Assembly (NCBI GenBank): GCA_964016885.1
Contig: OZ024764.1
Location: 28,954,001-29,018,000 of the forward strand
Reading direction: 5' to 3'
Length of the DNA stretch: 64,000 nt
Origin: Eledone cirrhosa
Taxonomy: Eukaryota
In this document: in pieces, positions 1-12,600 of the stretch
Numbering within the stretch: the stretch's first letter is position 1
How the letters are laid out: the number at the start of each line of letters is the position of its first letter
The notes under the pieces: generated by a model
What the model was told of the DNA's origin: nothing
The model's database searches: none
What the model saw: the letters and a program-made list of their open reading frames with translations, nothing else
Made by a program: the position numbers and the translations under genes

Positions 1-651
1 CTCTCTCTCGTTTCATCTCTATCTCCCTCGTTTCATCTGTCTCTCTCTCTGTCGTTTCATCTCCCTCTATATCTCTCTCGCTCTCTCGTTTCATCTCTCT
101 CTCCCTCTCGTTTCATCTCGCTCTCTCGCTCCTGTTTAATCTCGCTCTCTCTCTCCTGTTTCATCTCGCTCTCTACCCTCGTTTCCTCTCTCTCGTTTCG
201 TCTCTCTCATTTCCTCTCTCTCTCGTTTCATCTAGCTCTCCCACTCTCGTTTCATCTCGCTCTCTCTGTCTCGTTCCATCTCGCTCTCACTCTCTCGTTT
301 CATCTCGCTCTCTCTCTCTCATTTCATCTCGCTCTCTCTCTCTCATTTCATCTCGCTCTCTCTCTCTCGTTTCATCTCGCTCTCTCTGTCTCGTTTCATC
401 TCGCTCTCGCTCTCTCTGTCTCGTTTCATCCCGCTCTCTCTCTCTCATTTCATCTCGCTCTCTCTCTCTCATTTCATCTCGCTCTCTCTCTCTCTCTCTC
501 TCGTTTCATCTCGCTCTCACTCTCTCATTTCATCTCGCTCTCTCTCGTTTGATTTCGCTCTCACTCTCTCTTCCTCTCTCTCTCTTGTTTCAACACTCTA
601 ATCCCTCACTTGTTTCATCTCTCTCTAATCCCTCACTTGTTTCATCTCTCA
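1..651 (+). repeat. CT-rich satellite, core GTTTCATCTCGC(TC)n, ending in the conserved linker TTGTTTCAACACTCTAATCCCTCAC
   Basis: Repeated ~20-24 bp units seen directly; same family as blocks in 41923-60042. Confidence 0.95.
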
Positions 652-1240
652 CAGAATTATTAACCACAGGGGCAGAGATGTCCATAACATTACATGTCAG
701 AATTATTAGCCACAGGGGCAGAGATGTCCATAACATTACATGTCAGAATTATTAGCCACAGGGGCAGAGATGTCCATAACATTACATGACAGATTTATTA
801 GCCACAGGGGCAGAGATGTCCATAACATTACATGACGAATTTATTAGCAACAGGGGCAGAGATGTCCATAACATTACATGTCAGAATTATTAGCTACAGG
901 GGCAGAGATGTCCATAACATTACATGTCACAATTATTAGCCACAGGGGCAGAGATGTCCATAACATTACATGACAGATTTATTAGCCACAGGGGCAGAGA
1001 TGTCCGTAACATCAAATGACAGATTTATTAGCCACAGGGGCAGAGATTCCATAACATTACATGTCAGAATTATTAGCCACAGGGGCAGAGATTTCCATAA
1101 CATTACATGACAGAATTATTAGCCACAGGGGCAGAGATGTCCATAACATTACATGACAGAATTATTAGCCACAGGGGCAGAGATGTCCATAACATTACAT
1201 GACAATTATTAGCCCCAGGGTCAGATATGTCCATGACAGA
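652..1240 (+). repeat. 46-bp minisatellite array (CAGAATTATTAGCCACAGGGGCAGAGATGTCCATAACATTACATGW)
   Basis: AGAATTAT recurs at 653 and 699, i.e. 46-bp period; about 12-13 units. Confidence 0.97.
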
Positions 1241-2105
1241 GTTTCATCTCTCGTTTCATCTCTCTCTCCCTCTCGTTTCATCTCGCTCTCTCGCTCCTGT
1301 TTCATCTCGCTCTCTACTCACGTTTCCTCTCTCTCGTTTCCTCTCTTTCTCGTTTCATCTCTCTCTCGTTTCATCTCTCTATGTCTCATTTCATCTCGCT
1401 CTCTCTCTCTCTCATTTCATCTCGTTCTCTCTCTCTCTCATTTCATCTCGCTCTCACTCTCTCGTTTCATCTCGCTCTCTCACTCTCGTTTCATCTCGCA
1501 CTCTCTCTCTCGTTTCATCTCTCTCTCTCACTCTCACTCTCTCATTTCATCTCGCTCTCTGTCTCGTGTCATCTCGCTCTCTCTGTCTCTCGTTTCATCT
1601 CGCTCTCACTCTCTCGTTTCATCTCACTCTAACTCTCTCATTTCATCTCGCTCTCCCTGTCTCGTTTCATCTCGCTCCCACTCTCTCATTTCATCTCACT
1701 CTCTTTCTCTCATTTCATCTCGCTCTCTCTCTCTTGTTTCAACACTCTAATCCCTCACTTGTTTCATCTCTCTCTAATCCCTCACTTGTTTCATCTCTCT
1801 CTTGTTTCAATTCTTTCTCTCTCTCTCTCTCTCTCTCTCTTTCTATCCCCTCTCTCTGTTGTTTCATCCCCTTCTCTCCCCCTCTCTCTCTTCCCCTCTA
1901 TCTCTATTCCTCTCTCTCATCCCCTCTCTCTCTCTTCCTCTCTCTCTCTCTCTTCCTCTCTCCCCTCACCCTCTTGTTTCAACTCTCTCCTCGTTTCAAC
2001 TCTCTCTCTCTCCTCTCGTTTCAACTCTCTCTCTCTCCTCGTGTTTCAACCATCTCCTCTCTTGTTTCAACTCTCTCACCTCTCGTTTCAACTCTCTCTC
2101 TCTGT
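1241..2105 (+). repeat. CT-rich satellite grading into GTTTCAAC(TC)n variant
   Basis: Direct repeat pattern; paralogue at 15131-16445. Confidence 0.93.
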
Positions 2106-2296
2106 GTCTCCAATGTGTATACCGATATATATACCGAAGAATGTACATAAACACACATGCATACACGCATGTGTATATATATATACATACATGTGTCTCT
2201 CTCTCTCCCTATATATATGTACATATGTGTAAATATGTACATACATATTAGTGTATATATATTGCTATCTATATGCATATTTGTATAATTATACTG

Positions 2297-2464
2297 TATG
2301 GTGAATTGGCAGTATCGGTAGAGGGTCTGACGCCATGCTTTCCAGCATAGTTACGTCCCTTTACGATCCGAGGTCAACTTTGCCTTTCATCCTTACGGGG
2401 TCGATAAAATAAAGTACCAGTAATGTACTGGTTAATTACTGACCTTGTGCCTAAAATAGAAACA
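2297..2464 (+). mobile_element. tRNA-derived SINE (octopus-type), B-box region deleted
   Basis: A-box-like TGGCAGTATCGG, body GACTTTGCCTTTCATCC..GGGGTCGATAAAATAAAGTACCAG, tail GCCT..AGAAACAATTATT. Confidence 0.8.
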
Positions 2465-3022
2465 ATTATTAGTTCAAAGAGAAACCACCATCATAGAGAA
2501 ACGACCATCCTACCTGAAATATTATGTTATCATATTAAATATTTCTTATACTGTCATGTTTTTTCTTTAAAACGATTGCATTTCAATAAAGTGAAGAAAA
2601 CTATTATATACTGTTGTTATATCATTATACTTTAGTTTTAACTTATTATTTCTATGTGTATAAATATAATGTATGTAAGTGTGTTTGAAAATATATAATA
2701 ATAATATGCATGTTTGAAGCAGGGTTCAACTGAAATATCTACACCGGTAACTTAATTAGTGTTACACCTTAGGCATAAACTATTTGGCATTCTTTGAAGG
2801 AGGTACTAGGTTTTTCACTGTCTTAAATGGAGTATACACGCGCACACAATGCATATATATAAATTGTTTTTCTCTGTACAAAGAGATTGACATCATTTCT
2901 TAAATCATTATTTAGGGTTTTACAACAAAACATATTGTATGTGTAATTATACAAATTGAATTTAAGTATTTATTTTAAAATTTTACATACTCTTTAGTAG
3001 TATATATATATATATTCATTTG

Positions 3023-3770
3023 TGATGCCATGCATTGTATTGTACACTTCGACATATGAATTACATTCATGCAACACTTCTCTTATCATAGCCATTTTTT
3101 GTGGTGAGCAGTCATTATTTGTTGGTACTAGGGCAGTGGATTGGCAGTATCGGTAGAGCGCCAGACACCATGCTTTACAGCATAGGGTTATGTCCCTTTA
3201 CGTTCTGGGTTCAAATCCCTCCAAGGTTGACTTTGTTTTCATCCTTATTAGGTCGATAGAATAAAGTACCAGTAATTGCTGGCCTTGTGCTAGAAACAAT
3301 TATTTGGACGTACTTCCAATCTGTGCTACATACCTTCGTTCCCATCAATAATATATAACTGGCCATATTGTGGTGTATTTTCTGCAGGTTACAGAGATGG
3401 GGGTGTAGTGATATGTTTGACCCTGAATATGAAAGCTATACGGGCCTCTGCCGGGTGGTAACACCAAATGAAGTGAAATAAATGTAGTTTTAATTGCAGA
3501 TGTTTCTGTGAAATCAACTGCTTCCTGGCCTCTTTCAAAGAGATTTCTCAGTCTCTCAGGGTATATTTGCAATGGTGGCAACACAACCTTTCCTTTATTA
3601 CAACAGTTACAATTTTCATTTCTAAATTTCAAAGCTCCACAGTGATCACACGAAACATTCATATCACTAATATGAAATTCTTCTACATTTCCATTAATAT
3701 TAATTGTTGGCCAATTTCTCTTACAACGCTCATTATCCATTCTTCTCTGTCTGAATGTTTTCCATTCTGT
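3023..3770 (-). pseudogene. Helitron RepHel N-terminal fragment (Cys-rich region), interrupted by a SINE
   Basis: CDHCGALKF..ENCNCCNKGKVVLPP and PPGRGPYSFHIQGQTYH match Helitron N-terminal motifs. Confidence 0.85.
3130..3298 (+). mobile_element. Full-length tRNA-derived SINE inserted antisense in the Helitron coding region
   Basis: A box TGGCAGTATCGG, B box GGTTCAAATCC; flanked by imperfect 16-bp duplication ATTATTTG..GTACT. Confidence 0.85.
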
Positions 3771-4436
3771 TGTTTATTATGTAATTAAATAGCTCTGTAC
3801 AATACATAGAGCACTCTTCTTTTCTTTACCTTTTCTATGGAAATACAAGAACAAACATATAAATATATATATATATGTATATACATAAACAAGACTGTTA
3901 TTGCTCCAACCAGTCTATTTACCTTTGATAACTATCCTAAATATAAATACACCTATACCATACATACATATATCATATATGTTTTTGATGCCGTGGTATA
4001 GCAGAGATAAGCAAGAAGAGAAAAGAAAATGAAAAGGAGAAAAAAAAAGAAGTAAGAAGTCGGGGGAGGGACAGACACTTCACCCCAGTCTAAGTGGTCT
4101 CTCAGCCGCAACCTGTGGAAGAAACGTAAAAGCGTTACCTCGGAGCAAGGCCAGAGACACCTGCTAGAGATCGACATGGGTAGAAAGGTTGAGAAATGCT
4201 GCACAATGTTCTTTGGTTTTTGTTCACCTTTAAATAATCATGTATAAAATATCGGGTGTGCAAGATTTCATGAAAAGGTATAACATTATTTATGCTGATC
4301 TTGCAGGGACTAGCTCCAATTGAGAGTTGTACCAATTCCCACTAAACTCGAAACTCCTGGACAATATATACATATCTTTATAAGTTCCTGTGTATTGTGT
4401 CGCTGTATAATGAAACATAAATATATACCATGCATG

Positions 4437-4684
4437 TCAGTCAGATTTGAACTCACTATATTTGGCGTTTTATAGATATAATTTGTTTGTTAAAACAATT
4501 GATTAAATAATAACTAAATAAAATTAATTCTACAATCCTGGATAGGGAATGAACTTATAACTGCATAATAGAAGCCATCTATTCGAGCAGTATTGCCATC
4601 TAAGCCACCAGGTTACTTACAGAACTTCATTCAAATATAAAATATAAAATATATGCCAGACATAGTGAGTTCGAATCTGACTGA
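4437..4684. mobile_element. MITE-like element, ~250 bp, with 30-bp terminal inverted repeats
   Basis: TCAGTCAGATTTGAACTCACTATATTTGGC vs GCCAGACATAGTGAGTTCGAATCTGACTGA (27/30 complementary). Confidence 0.7.
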
Positions 4685-4799
4685 TTAGTTGGTCATTGTC
4701 CCAGCCAACAGTTTAAATCGCCAACCAGTAGGTGACATCGACTAGGTTGGGAAAACTTGGTTAAGTAGCTCCAGTTATTGCTACGTTAGACATATTCAA

Positions 4800-4910
4800 G
4801 ACTTATCGACACTGAATGGAAGAAAGGTAAAGTTGAACTCAGAGTAAAGAACTGGAAAAATACTGCAAAGAATTCTATCTGATGTTCTAACAATTCTACC
4901 AAGTTACCGC
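4800..4910 (-). mobile_element. Old truncated tRNA-derived SINE
   Basis: Reverse complement reads TGGTAGAATTGTTAG..TCTGAGTTCAACTTTACCTTTC..GTCGATAAG; paralogues near 7410, 19525, 22210, 63050. Confidence 0.6.
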
Positions 4911-4991
4911 ATGTATATATATTTATATCTAGAGATAAGAAGAAAACTGTAAGAAAGAAAAGAAAAAAAATGAGACCTTATATGTAACCCA

Positions 4992-5700
4992 TGTTACAAC
5001 TCAATATATATATATTTGGGTTGTAACATATTCCCGCCGGTGAAATAAAAATTTTAATAGAAAACGGCGGGAATATATGTTAAAACCCAATCTATATATA
5101 TTTGAGTTGTAACATATATTCCCGCCGTTGAAATAAAAATTTGAATAGAAAAACGGCGGGAATATATGTTACAATCCAATGTACATATATTTGGGTTGTA
5201 ACATATATTCCCGCCGTTGAAATAAAAATTTTAATAGAAAAACGGCGGGAATATATGTTACAACGCAATCTATATATATTTGGGTTGTAACATATATTCC
5301 CGCCGTCGAAATAAAAATTTTAATAGAAAAACGGCGGGAATATATGTTACAACCCAATCTACATATATTTGGGTTGTAACATATATTCCCGCCGTTGAAA
5401 TAAAAATTTTAACATAAAAACGGCGGGAATATATATTACAACCCAAACATATATAGGTTGGGTTGTAACATATATTCCCGCCGTTTTTCTATTAAAATTT
5501 TTATTTCAACGGCGGGAATATATGTTACAACTCAAAAATATATAGATTGGGTTGTAACATATATTCCCGCCGTTTTTCTATTAAAATATTTATTTCAACG
5601 GCGGGAATATATGTTACAACCCAAAAATATGTAGGTTGGGTTGTAACATATATTCCCGCCGTTTTTCTATTAAAATTTTTATTTCACCGGCGGGAATATA
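4992..5700. repeat. Tandem array of 89-bp hairpin (palindromic) units, 8 units
   Basis: 28-bp stem TTGGGTTGTAACATATATTCCCGCCGTT / AACGGCGGGAATATATGTTACAACCCAA around an AT-rich loop; starts at 5102, 5191, 5280, 5369. Confidence 0.95.
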
Positions 5701-5723
5701 TATCCTGAGAGACTGAGAAATCT

Positions 5724-5975
5724 CTTTCAAAGAGATTTCTCAGTCTCTCAGGGTATATTTGCAATGGTGGCAACATAACCTTTCCTTTATTACAACAGTT
5801 ACAATTTTCATTTCTAAATTTCAAAGTTCCACAGTGATCACACGAAATATTCATATCACTAATATGAAATTCTTCTACATTTCCATTAATATTAATTGTT
5901 GGCAATTTCTCTTACGACGCTCATTATCCATTCTTCTCTGTCTGAATGTTTTCCAGTCTAAGTCTATTTGCATGG
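5724..5975 (-). pseudogene. Duplicated Helitron N-terminal fragment
   Basis: CDHCGTLKF..CCNKGKVMLPP; near-identical to 3532-3770. Confidence 0.8.
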
Positions 5976-6074
5976 AATAATTATATTCTGTTGTTTATTA
6001 TGTAATTAAATAGCTCTGTACAATATATATAGCATTCTTCTTTTCTTTACCTTTTCTATGGAAATACAAGAACA

Positions 6075-6133
<59 letters not shown>

Positions 6134-6681
6134 ATATACATAAACAAGACTGTTATTGCTCCAACCAGTCTATTTACCTTTGATAACTATCCTAAATATA
6201 AATACACCTATACCATACATACACATATTATATATGTTTTTGATGCCGTGGTATAGCAGAGATAAGCAAGAAGAGAAAAGAAAATGAAAATGAGAAAAAA
6301 AAAGAAGTAAGAAGTTGGGGGAGGGACAGACACTTCACCCCAGTCTAAGTGGTCCCTCAGCCGCAACCTGTGGAAGAAACGTAAAAGCGTTACCTCGGAG
6401 CAAGGCCAGAGACACCTGCTACAATAGTCGCCCCTCCTCATGAGGCTCCTGTTGTCTTTCCTCCCGACTTTATGGAGGAAATCAGCAGTACAGGGACCAA
6501 GTATGGCAGAGGTCTCAATGGAGTGGAAGAGGTGAGTCAGGCCTTGGTACTATCTTACTATCCTTTGCATTGCGGGGTGTGGAGCCTAGGTTTGTGGCTG
6601 TAGCTATATTTGAACTTTTATATGAAATTTCAGTTTTATATTTTTCACATCTTAAAACTTAATCTTAGTCTTTTGCAGCTC

Positions 6682-6721
6682 ATCTTGTTTCATCTCGCAG
6701 CACACGATTTGGGAACCACTG
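6682..6721 (-). mobile_element. hAT/Charlie-like transposon end (CAGTGGTTCCCAAA) with subterminal GAGATGAAACAAGAT
   Basis: Plus strand TTTGGGAACCACTG; copies near 18843, 21513, 40780, 62357; partner end not identified. Confidence 0.5.
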
Positions 6722-7046
6722 CTCTAGAGATAGAAAAAGTATATTTTATGCAGGGCTTCCCTGAGACATAAAAACTATTTCAAGAGATCGACATGGGTAG
6801 AAAGGTTGAGAAATGCTGCACAATGTTCTTTGGTTTTTGTTCACCTTTAAATAATCATGTATAAAATATCGGGTGTGCAAGATTTCATGAAAAGGTATAA
6901 CATTATTTATGCTGATCTTGCAGGGACTAGCTCCAATTGAGAGTTGTACCAATTCCCACTAAACTCCTGGACAATATATACATATCTTTATAAGTTCCTG
7001 TGTATTGTGTCGCTGTATAATGAAACATAAATATATACCATGCATG

Positions 7047-7294
7047 TCAGTCAGATTTGAACTCACTATATTTGGCGTTTTATAGATATAATTTGTTTGT
7101 TAAAACAATTGATTAAATAATAACTAAATAAAATTAATTCTACAATCCTGGATAGGGAATGAACTTATAACTTCATAATAGAAGCCATCTATTCGAGCAG
7201 TATTGCCATCTAAGCCACCAGGTTACTTACAGAACTTCATTCAAATATAAAATATAAAATATATGCCAGACATAGTGAGTTGGAATCTGACTGA
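7047..7294. mobile_element. MITE with 30-bp TIRs (paralogue of 4437-4684)
   Basis: Same TIR pair. Confidence 0.7.
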
Positions 7295-8348
7295 TTAGTT
7301 GGTCATTGTCCCAGCCAACAGTTTAAATCGCCAACCAGTAGGTGACATCGACTAGGTTGGGAAAACTTGGTTAAGTAGCTCCAGTTATTGCTACGTTAGA
7401 CATATTCAAGACTTATCGACACCGAATGGAAGAAAGGTAAAGTTGAACTCAGAGTAAAGAACTGGAAAAATACTGCAAAGAATTCTATCTGATGTTCTAA
7501 CAATTCTACCAAATTACCTTATGTATATATATTTATATCTAGAGATAAGAAGAAAACTGAAAGAAAGAAAAATGAGACCTTATATGTAACCCATGACCAG
7601 GATTGAAACCGAAACCATGACTACCACCATCTCTGGTGTCACCCACCAGACCACCATGAAAGATACAAACATCTGCTTTTTTAATATTTATAAGCCTACT
7701 TTCAATATTAAAGTAATTAACATGTGGTGTTGTTCATGCCTTTCTCTATGTTATTGGTAAAAAATAAAGTATTTAAACCTCAAATTTTGTTATTCAAATA
7801 TGCTTGCTTATGTAATTATAAATGTCGCAGAATACACACACATATATAGATGTGAAAATATTCAGGACCCCAACGGCTGTGCTACTGCCGTTTCGACATC
7901 TATATATATATCTTTTAGTCCTAGGCTCTTTCAGCGCAGAAAGAATTCTCCAATGATCACAACCAGCTAATGGTGCCCAGTGGAAGCACTTTAGTCGAAT
8001 TATAACCCCAACGATCACGATTAGCGGCGGCTTTTTCGAGTCTGAGGTTGACTGCCAGATATATATATATATATCTATATATATATATTTTTTTTTATAC
8101 TTTGCTAGAATCCCGGAGAACAACAGAAAGATGCTGAGTTCAGAGTTTAAAAAACATGTCCCCCTTTAATATAAAAACAATCCGAGTCTTGTAAAAGTGT
8201 TATTACTGTAATATAAAGTAGAAACCCTTTATTTAAACAAAGCTGAGATGCAGCGATCATCAAAGCAAACCCCAAAATGTAAACAAACTTCTCGCAGGTG
8301 CTGCCAGATACACGATAACATGTGTATACGAAGTGTAACAGGGAGTTG

Positions 8349-9300
8349 GGTCGTATTATATGACTTTCAAATTGACCCCTATTATATTCAAATTATCCCC
8401 TGTGGGGCGTGCACCCCACGTTGAGAATCCCTCATAAATAAATATATGTGAGTGTGTTGCTATGACTGCTATTTCTAGCAGGTTTACTGCAGTCCTGTAG
8501 ACGCACAACAAAAACCGGAAGTGGAAGCCATTAAAAAACTTTGGCTTAAAATCAGGCAAAAGTTTTTTAACAATTTGCCAAGAAAGATAACTCTTGTCTT
8601 ACTTAATCGCAAAAATCGAGGCAAAAAATGTTGCGGGTGTGCAGTTTGTTTGGTGTATTTGACTGCTATTTCTAGCATATATGGACACTTTAGAAATAGC
8701 AGCGAAACACGGGAAACATAAGAAAGAAGGACACACACGTATATATATATACATATATATATGCACAGATATATACATTTAAATATATATATTTATATAT
8801 ACATACACGCGCGCACACACACCTATACGTAGATATGGGTGTGTGTATAGCTGGTATATATATATATGTATGGGTGAGTGTATAGCTGGTATATATATAT
8901 ATATATATAGGTGTGTGTCCTTCTTTCTGCTGTTTTCCGTTTTTCGCTGCTATTTCTAAAGTGTCCATACATGCTAGAAATAGCAGTCAAATACACCAAA
9001 CAAACTGTACACCCGCAAAATTTTTGCCTCGATTTTTGCGATTAAGTAAGACAAGAGTTATCTTTCTTGGCAAATTGTTAAAAAACTTTTGCCTGATTTT
9101 AAGCCAAAGTTTTTTAATGGCTGCCACTTCCGGTTTTTGTTGTGCGTCTACAGGACTGCAGTAAACCTGCTAGAAATAGCAGTCATAGCAACACACTCAC
9201 ATATATTTATTTATGAGGGATTCTCAACGTGGGGTGCACGCCCCACAGGGGATAATTTGAATATAATAGGGGTCAATTTGAAAGTCATATAATACGACCA
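8349..9300. repeat. Long inverted repeat (arms ~8349-8745 and ~8905-9300, microsatellite centre); weaker symmetry extends to ~8200/9450
   Basis: Near-identical ORFs on opposite strands (8356..8559 - and 9089..9292 +); arms visibly complementary. Confidence 0.9.
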
Positions 9301-9548
9301 AGCTTCCAGATACACTTCGTATACACATGTTATTTGAAGTTTGTTTTGATCATCGCTGCATCGCAGCTTTGTTTAAATAAAGGGTTTCTACTTTATATTA
9401 CAGTAATAAAAGTTTTACTTCGTCTACACATGTTATCGTGTATCCGGCAGCACCTATGGGCTGTTTGTTTATACTTTGGTGTTTATTTTGATCATCGCCT
9501 CATCGCAGGTTTGTTTAATTAAAGGTTGCGAGAGGGATCACTGATATA

Positions 9549-9605
<57 letters not shown>

Positions 9606-9684
9606 AAGACACACACATATATATACATACACGCAGACATACACCTGTGTGTATGTGTATGTTCGTGTGTGCGTGTCTTTGGCT

Positions 9685-9763
<79 letters not shown>

Positions 9764-9884
9764 GTGTATATATATACAGACACACACTGTTGTTTCTTGA
9801 TTTTTAGCTGCTGTTTCTAAAGTGTCTATTAATATATGCTAGAAATAGCAGTCAAGGGAACATTTACGTATATATATGTAAGGA

Positions 9885-10265
9885 CAGTGACACCTGCTGC
9901 AACAGGCATCCAACCTCGTGGGACTCCATCCTCAGACGGGCCACAGACACTGCGATGTTGCGGAGGAGCTCGGCTGTAATGGGTCCAAGTTGGCCCGGGG
10001 TCTCGACGGCGGCTGGTGCTTAGAAGAGGCTCCAGGACAAACACCGGAATTTGTTTATGTTATGTTCATCTGCGAGACCGGCAGCGATGCTGGGGTTTGT
10101 GGATCTACCTCCTTCGAATGGGAAGAGGGTGATTCCCTCGCGGTGCTTGCCATCTCCGCGGCCTAGGCCTGCTGGCTCCAGTTGAGATGGAAATTCAGCT
10201 GCGTCCAGGCTTCTTCTCACTATGTCGTTGAGAGCATTTATGTGGCTCACACACGCGGAGGCCAA
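9885..10265 (-). pseudogene. CRE-like non-LTR retrotransposon C-terminal (restriction-like endonuclease) fragment
   Basis: HINALNDIVRRSL..EPAGLGRGDGKHREGITLFPFEGGRS (cf. EPxGLxRxDGKRPDG) then AVETPGQLGP..LLQQVSL. Confidence 0.7.
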
Positions 10266-10669
10266 GGCGTTGGGCTACACCGATGCGAGTTCAATCATCA
10301 TCAAGAATTTATTTGAATTGAAAGGTCACTAAACTAATATAGGAGTGTCATTTAAAAATAAGGTAAACAGAAATAGTTACACCGGTAACATAATTACTGT
10401 GACACCGGTAGTTCACTAACAAATCATTTCACGTTCGTCTCTAACAGGTAATGTTTTAATTTGCTCTCCATGTTGGGGAGTAACTGTAGTTTGGCTTGCT
10501 AGGGGTCATACATCTTCATACACACACACATACTATATATATATATACAAAGGAAAGGAAGATAAACAAATATCAGAGGATTTGACCGGCTTCTTCCTCT
10601 TGGCACCTGTAGCCACCATGACGTATAAGTATAAATATATATATATACATATCTATCTATCTATATATA

Positions 10670-10765
10670 TATCATCATTTTCATTTTACGTCTGCTTTTC
10701 CCTGTTTGCAAGGGTGGGGCATATATATATATATCATCATCATTATACATCCACTTTTCCCCGCT
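10670..10765 (-). mobile_element. Two short RTE-type LINE 3' ends with (GAT)n tails
   Basis: ATCATCATTATACATCCACTTTTCCC matches the 3' end of the RTE at ~33612. Confidence 0.6.
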
Positions 10766-10948
10766 TGGCAGCACCTACGAGAAGTTTGTTTTGATCATCG
10801 CTGCATCGTAGCTTTGTTTAAATAAAGGGTTTCTACTTTATATTACAGTAATAATACTTTCAGAATACTCGGATTGTTTTTATATTAAAGGGGAACATAA
10901 ACATATTTTAGAGGAGGGGTGTGGAACAGAAAAGTTTGGGGACCACTG
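10766..10948. mobile_element. hAT-like non-autonomous DNA transposon end
   Basis: Ends AAAGTTTGGGGACCACTG; internal part is the reverse complement of ~8155-8305. Confidence 0.5.
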
Positions 10949-11659
10949 ATACACACACACATTTATTTACTATATATATGTCTGTGTGTGTATACTATAT
11001 ATATATATATATGTACAGGGAGGTCGAAGCATTTCAGAATATTTCTAGGCGGGGGGGGGGGTGCAAATCCCCCTCTTTATATCAATTAGCACACACTCTC
11101 TCCCTCTCTATATCTACTACACGGCACTCTCTTCCAATACCCCTCTCTATATGAAGTAACACCAAACTCTCCCCCTCTCTATATATTAAGCACTAAGTCA
11201 GGAATTTTTTTCTTCTTTCGTGCAGAGAGAGTAAAGTTGATTAAATCTACTGCAGTGAATTACTGGTATTTTATTTAATAAAAATTAAAATTTACTATTT
11301 GTCTTCGTTTAATTTTCGTTTTTCTTTACATAGTTTCGTTTCGTTAAATGTCTCCAGAATTTGTTTTTACTTTTACCGGATATTGAAGGTGTAAACTTGG
11401 TGTTGTCTAGAAACGTGTTAGAAATATTTTTCTTTTAATTGTGAAGAATTTAACCGCAAAGTAAGTTTTTTTTACTGTTTATTTGTGGCTGGGACAACGT
11501 ATGGTATGTGTTAATGTAAATGGTGAAGGTTTAAAGATTCTTTTTACAACTGAAAATCAGTTTGTTGTTGCTGCTAATTACTTAACGCATGGAATAGATT
11601 AAAAAAATACAGGATTGTTTCTCGGAAGAGAGAAAGAAGAAACAACAAATCACAGAAGC

Positions 11660-11845
11660 GGGTAGCACACACATTTGGGACCACATACAACACAAAAACA
11701 GGTAATCCACACATCTGGGACCACATACAACACACCAGCAGGTAATACATACATCTAGGACCACATAAGCAGGTAATACACACATCTAGGACCACATACA
11801 ACACACAAGCAGGTAATACACACATCTAGGACGACATACAACCAA
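11660..11845 (+). repeat. Degenerate ~40-bp tandem repeat (CACACATCTRGGACCACATACAACAC..GCAGGTAAT)
   Basis: About 5 units; paralogue 26845-27025. Confidence 0.8.
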
Positions 11846-11939
11846 AGGCAGGCGAAAGGGGTGGACAAACGAGCTGCTACTAGAGCAAAAGATAACAGTA
11901 TCGCGAGGAGCACTGGGAAACCTCTCTAATGATTTTTTA

Positions 11940-12140
11940 GGCAAGCCAGCACGTCTGCAGCGTTACCTCGGGCGATGGCGAGGCTGAGGAGCTGGAACAA
12001 CCAAGTGCCCTCACGAGCTTCACCAGTCACCTTCGTCAGGCTAGCCGCCAGTGAAGATAGGAATCTCGCAGTCAGTATCCCGACTCCCCCAAACGCCACA
12101 GGCTGGAAAATGTAGTTAGCCGACAGATCACAGTATTACT
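11940..12140 (-). pseudogene. Second CRE-like non-LTR retrotransposon C-terminal fragment
   Basis: KYCDLSANYIFQPVAF..TGEAREGTWLFQLLSLAIARGNAADVL (cf. QRLSxAIQRGNAA); paralogue ~27125-27320. Confidence 0.7.
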
Positions 12141-12288
12141 TAACAGTGATAGATATTCTGTCTAAAGGAGGGGCGTGCAACAGGCGGCCCGCGGGCCACA
12201 ATCGAGCCCACCTGACCAGTCAGAGTGGCCCGCAATGACTGTTGTAGGCTTATTTAGAATTTTTTCCATACCCGTAATACTTCTGTTA

Positions 12289-12600
12289 GTTGACCTATAC
12301 TAAAGGACTTCACTGATAGGGTTATATGTGTTATAATTTCCCAGTTGACCTATACTAAAGGACTTCACTGATAGGGTTATATGTGTTATAGTTTCCCAGT
12401 TGACCTATACTAAAGGGCTTCACTGATAGAGTTATATGTGTTATAGTTTCCCAGAGGGCTTCACTGATAGGGTTATATGTGTTATAGTTTCCCAGTTGAC
12501 CTATACTAAAGGACTTCACTGATAGGGTTATATGTGTTATCGTTTCCCAGTTGACCTATACTAAAGGGCTTCACTGATAGAGTTATATGTGTTATAGTTT
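12289..12600 (+). repeat. 55-bp minisatellite (GTTGACCTATACTAAAGGACTTCACTGATAGGGTTATATGTGTTATAGTTTCCCA), ~6 units
   Basis: GTTGACC at 12289 and 12344. Confidence 0.95.

Noticed and set aside
595-640. CTAATCCC in the linker and isolated TTAGGG (e.g. ~2912) as telomeric repeats
   Set aside because: Not tandem TTAGGG/CCCTAA; single or mismatched hexamers
652-1240. 46-mer as a CRISPR array or as a CTCF site cluster (GCCACAGGGGCAG)
   Set aside because: No spacers; the CTCF resemblance needs two gaps in the core
4992-5700. CRISPR-like appearance of palindromic repeats with spacers
   Set aside because: Spacers are near-identical rather than unique, no cas genes, eukaryotic repeat context
9515-9787. 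Poly-ER and poly-YI ORFs (also near 24718 and 31596)
   Set aside because: (AG)n, (TC)n and (TA)n microsatellites
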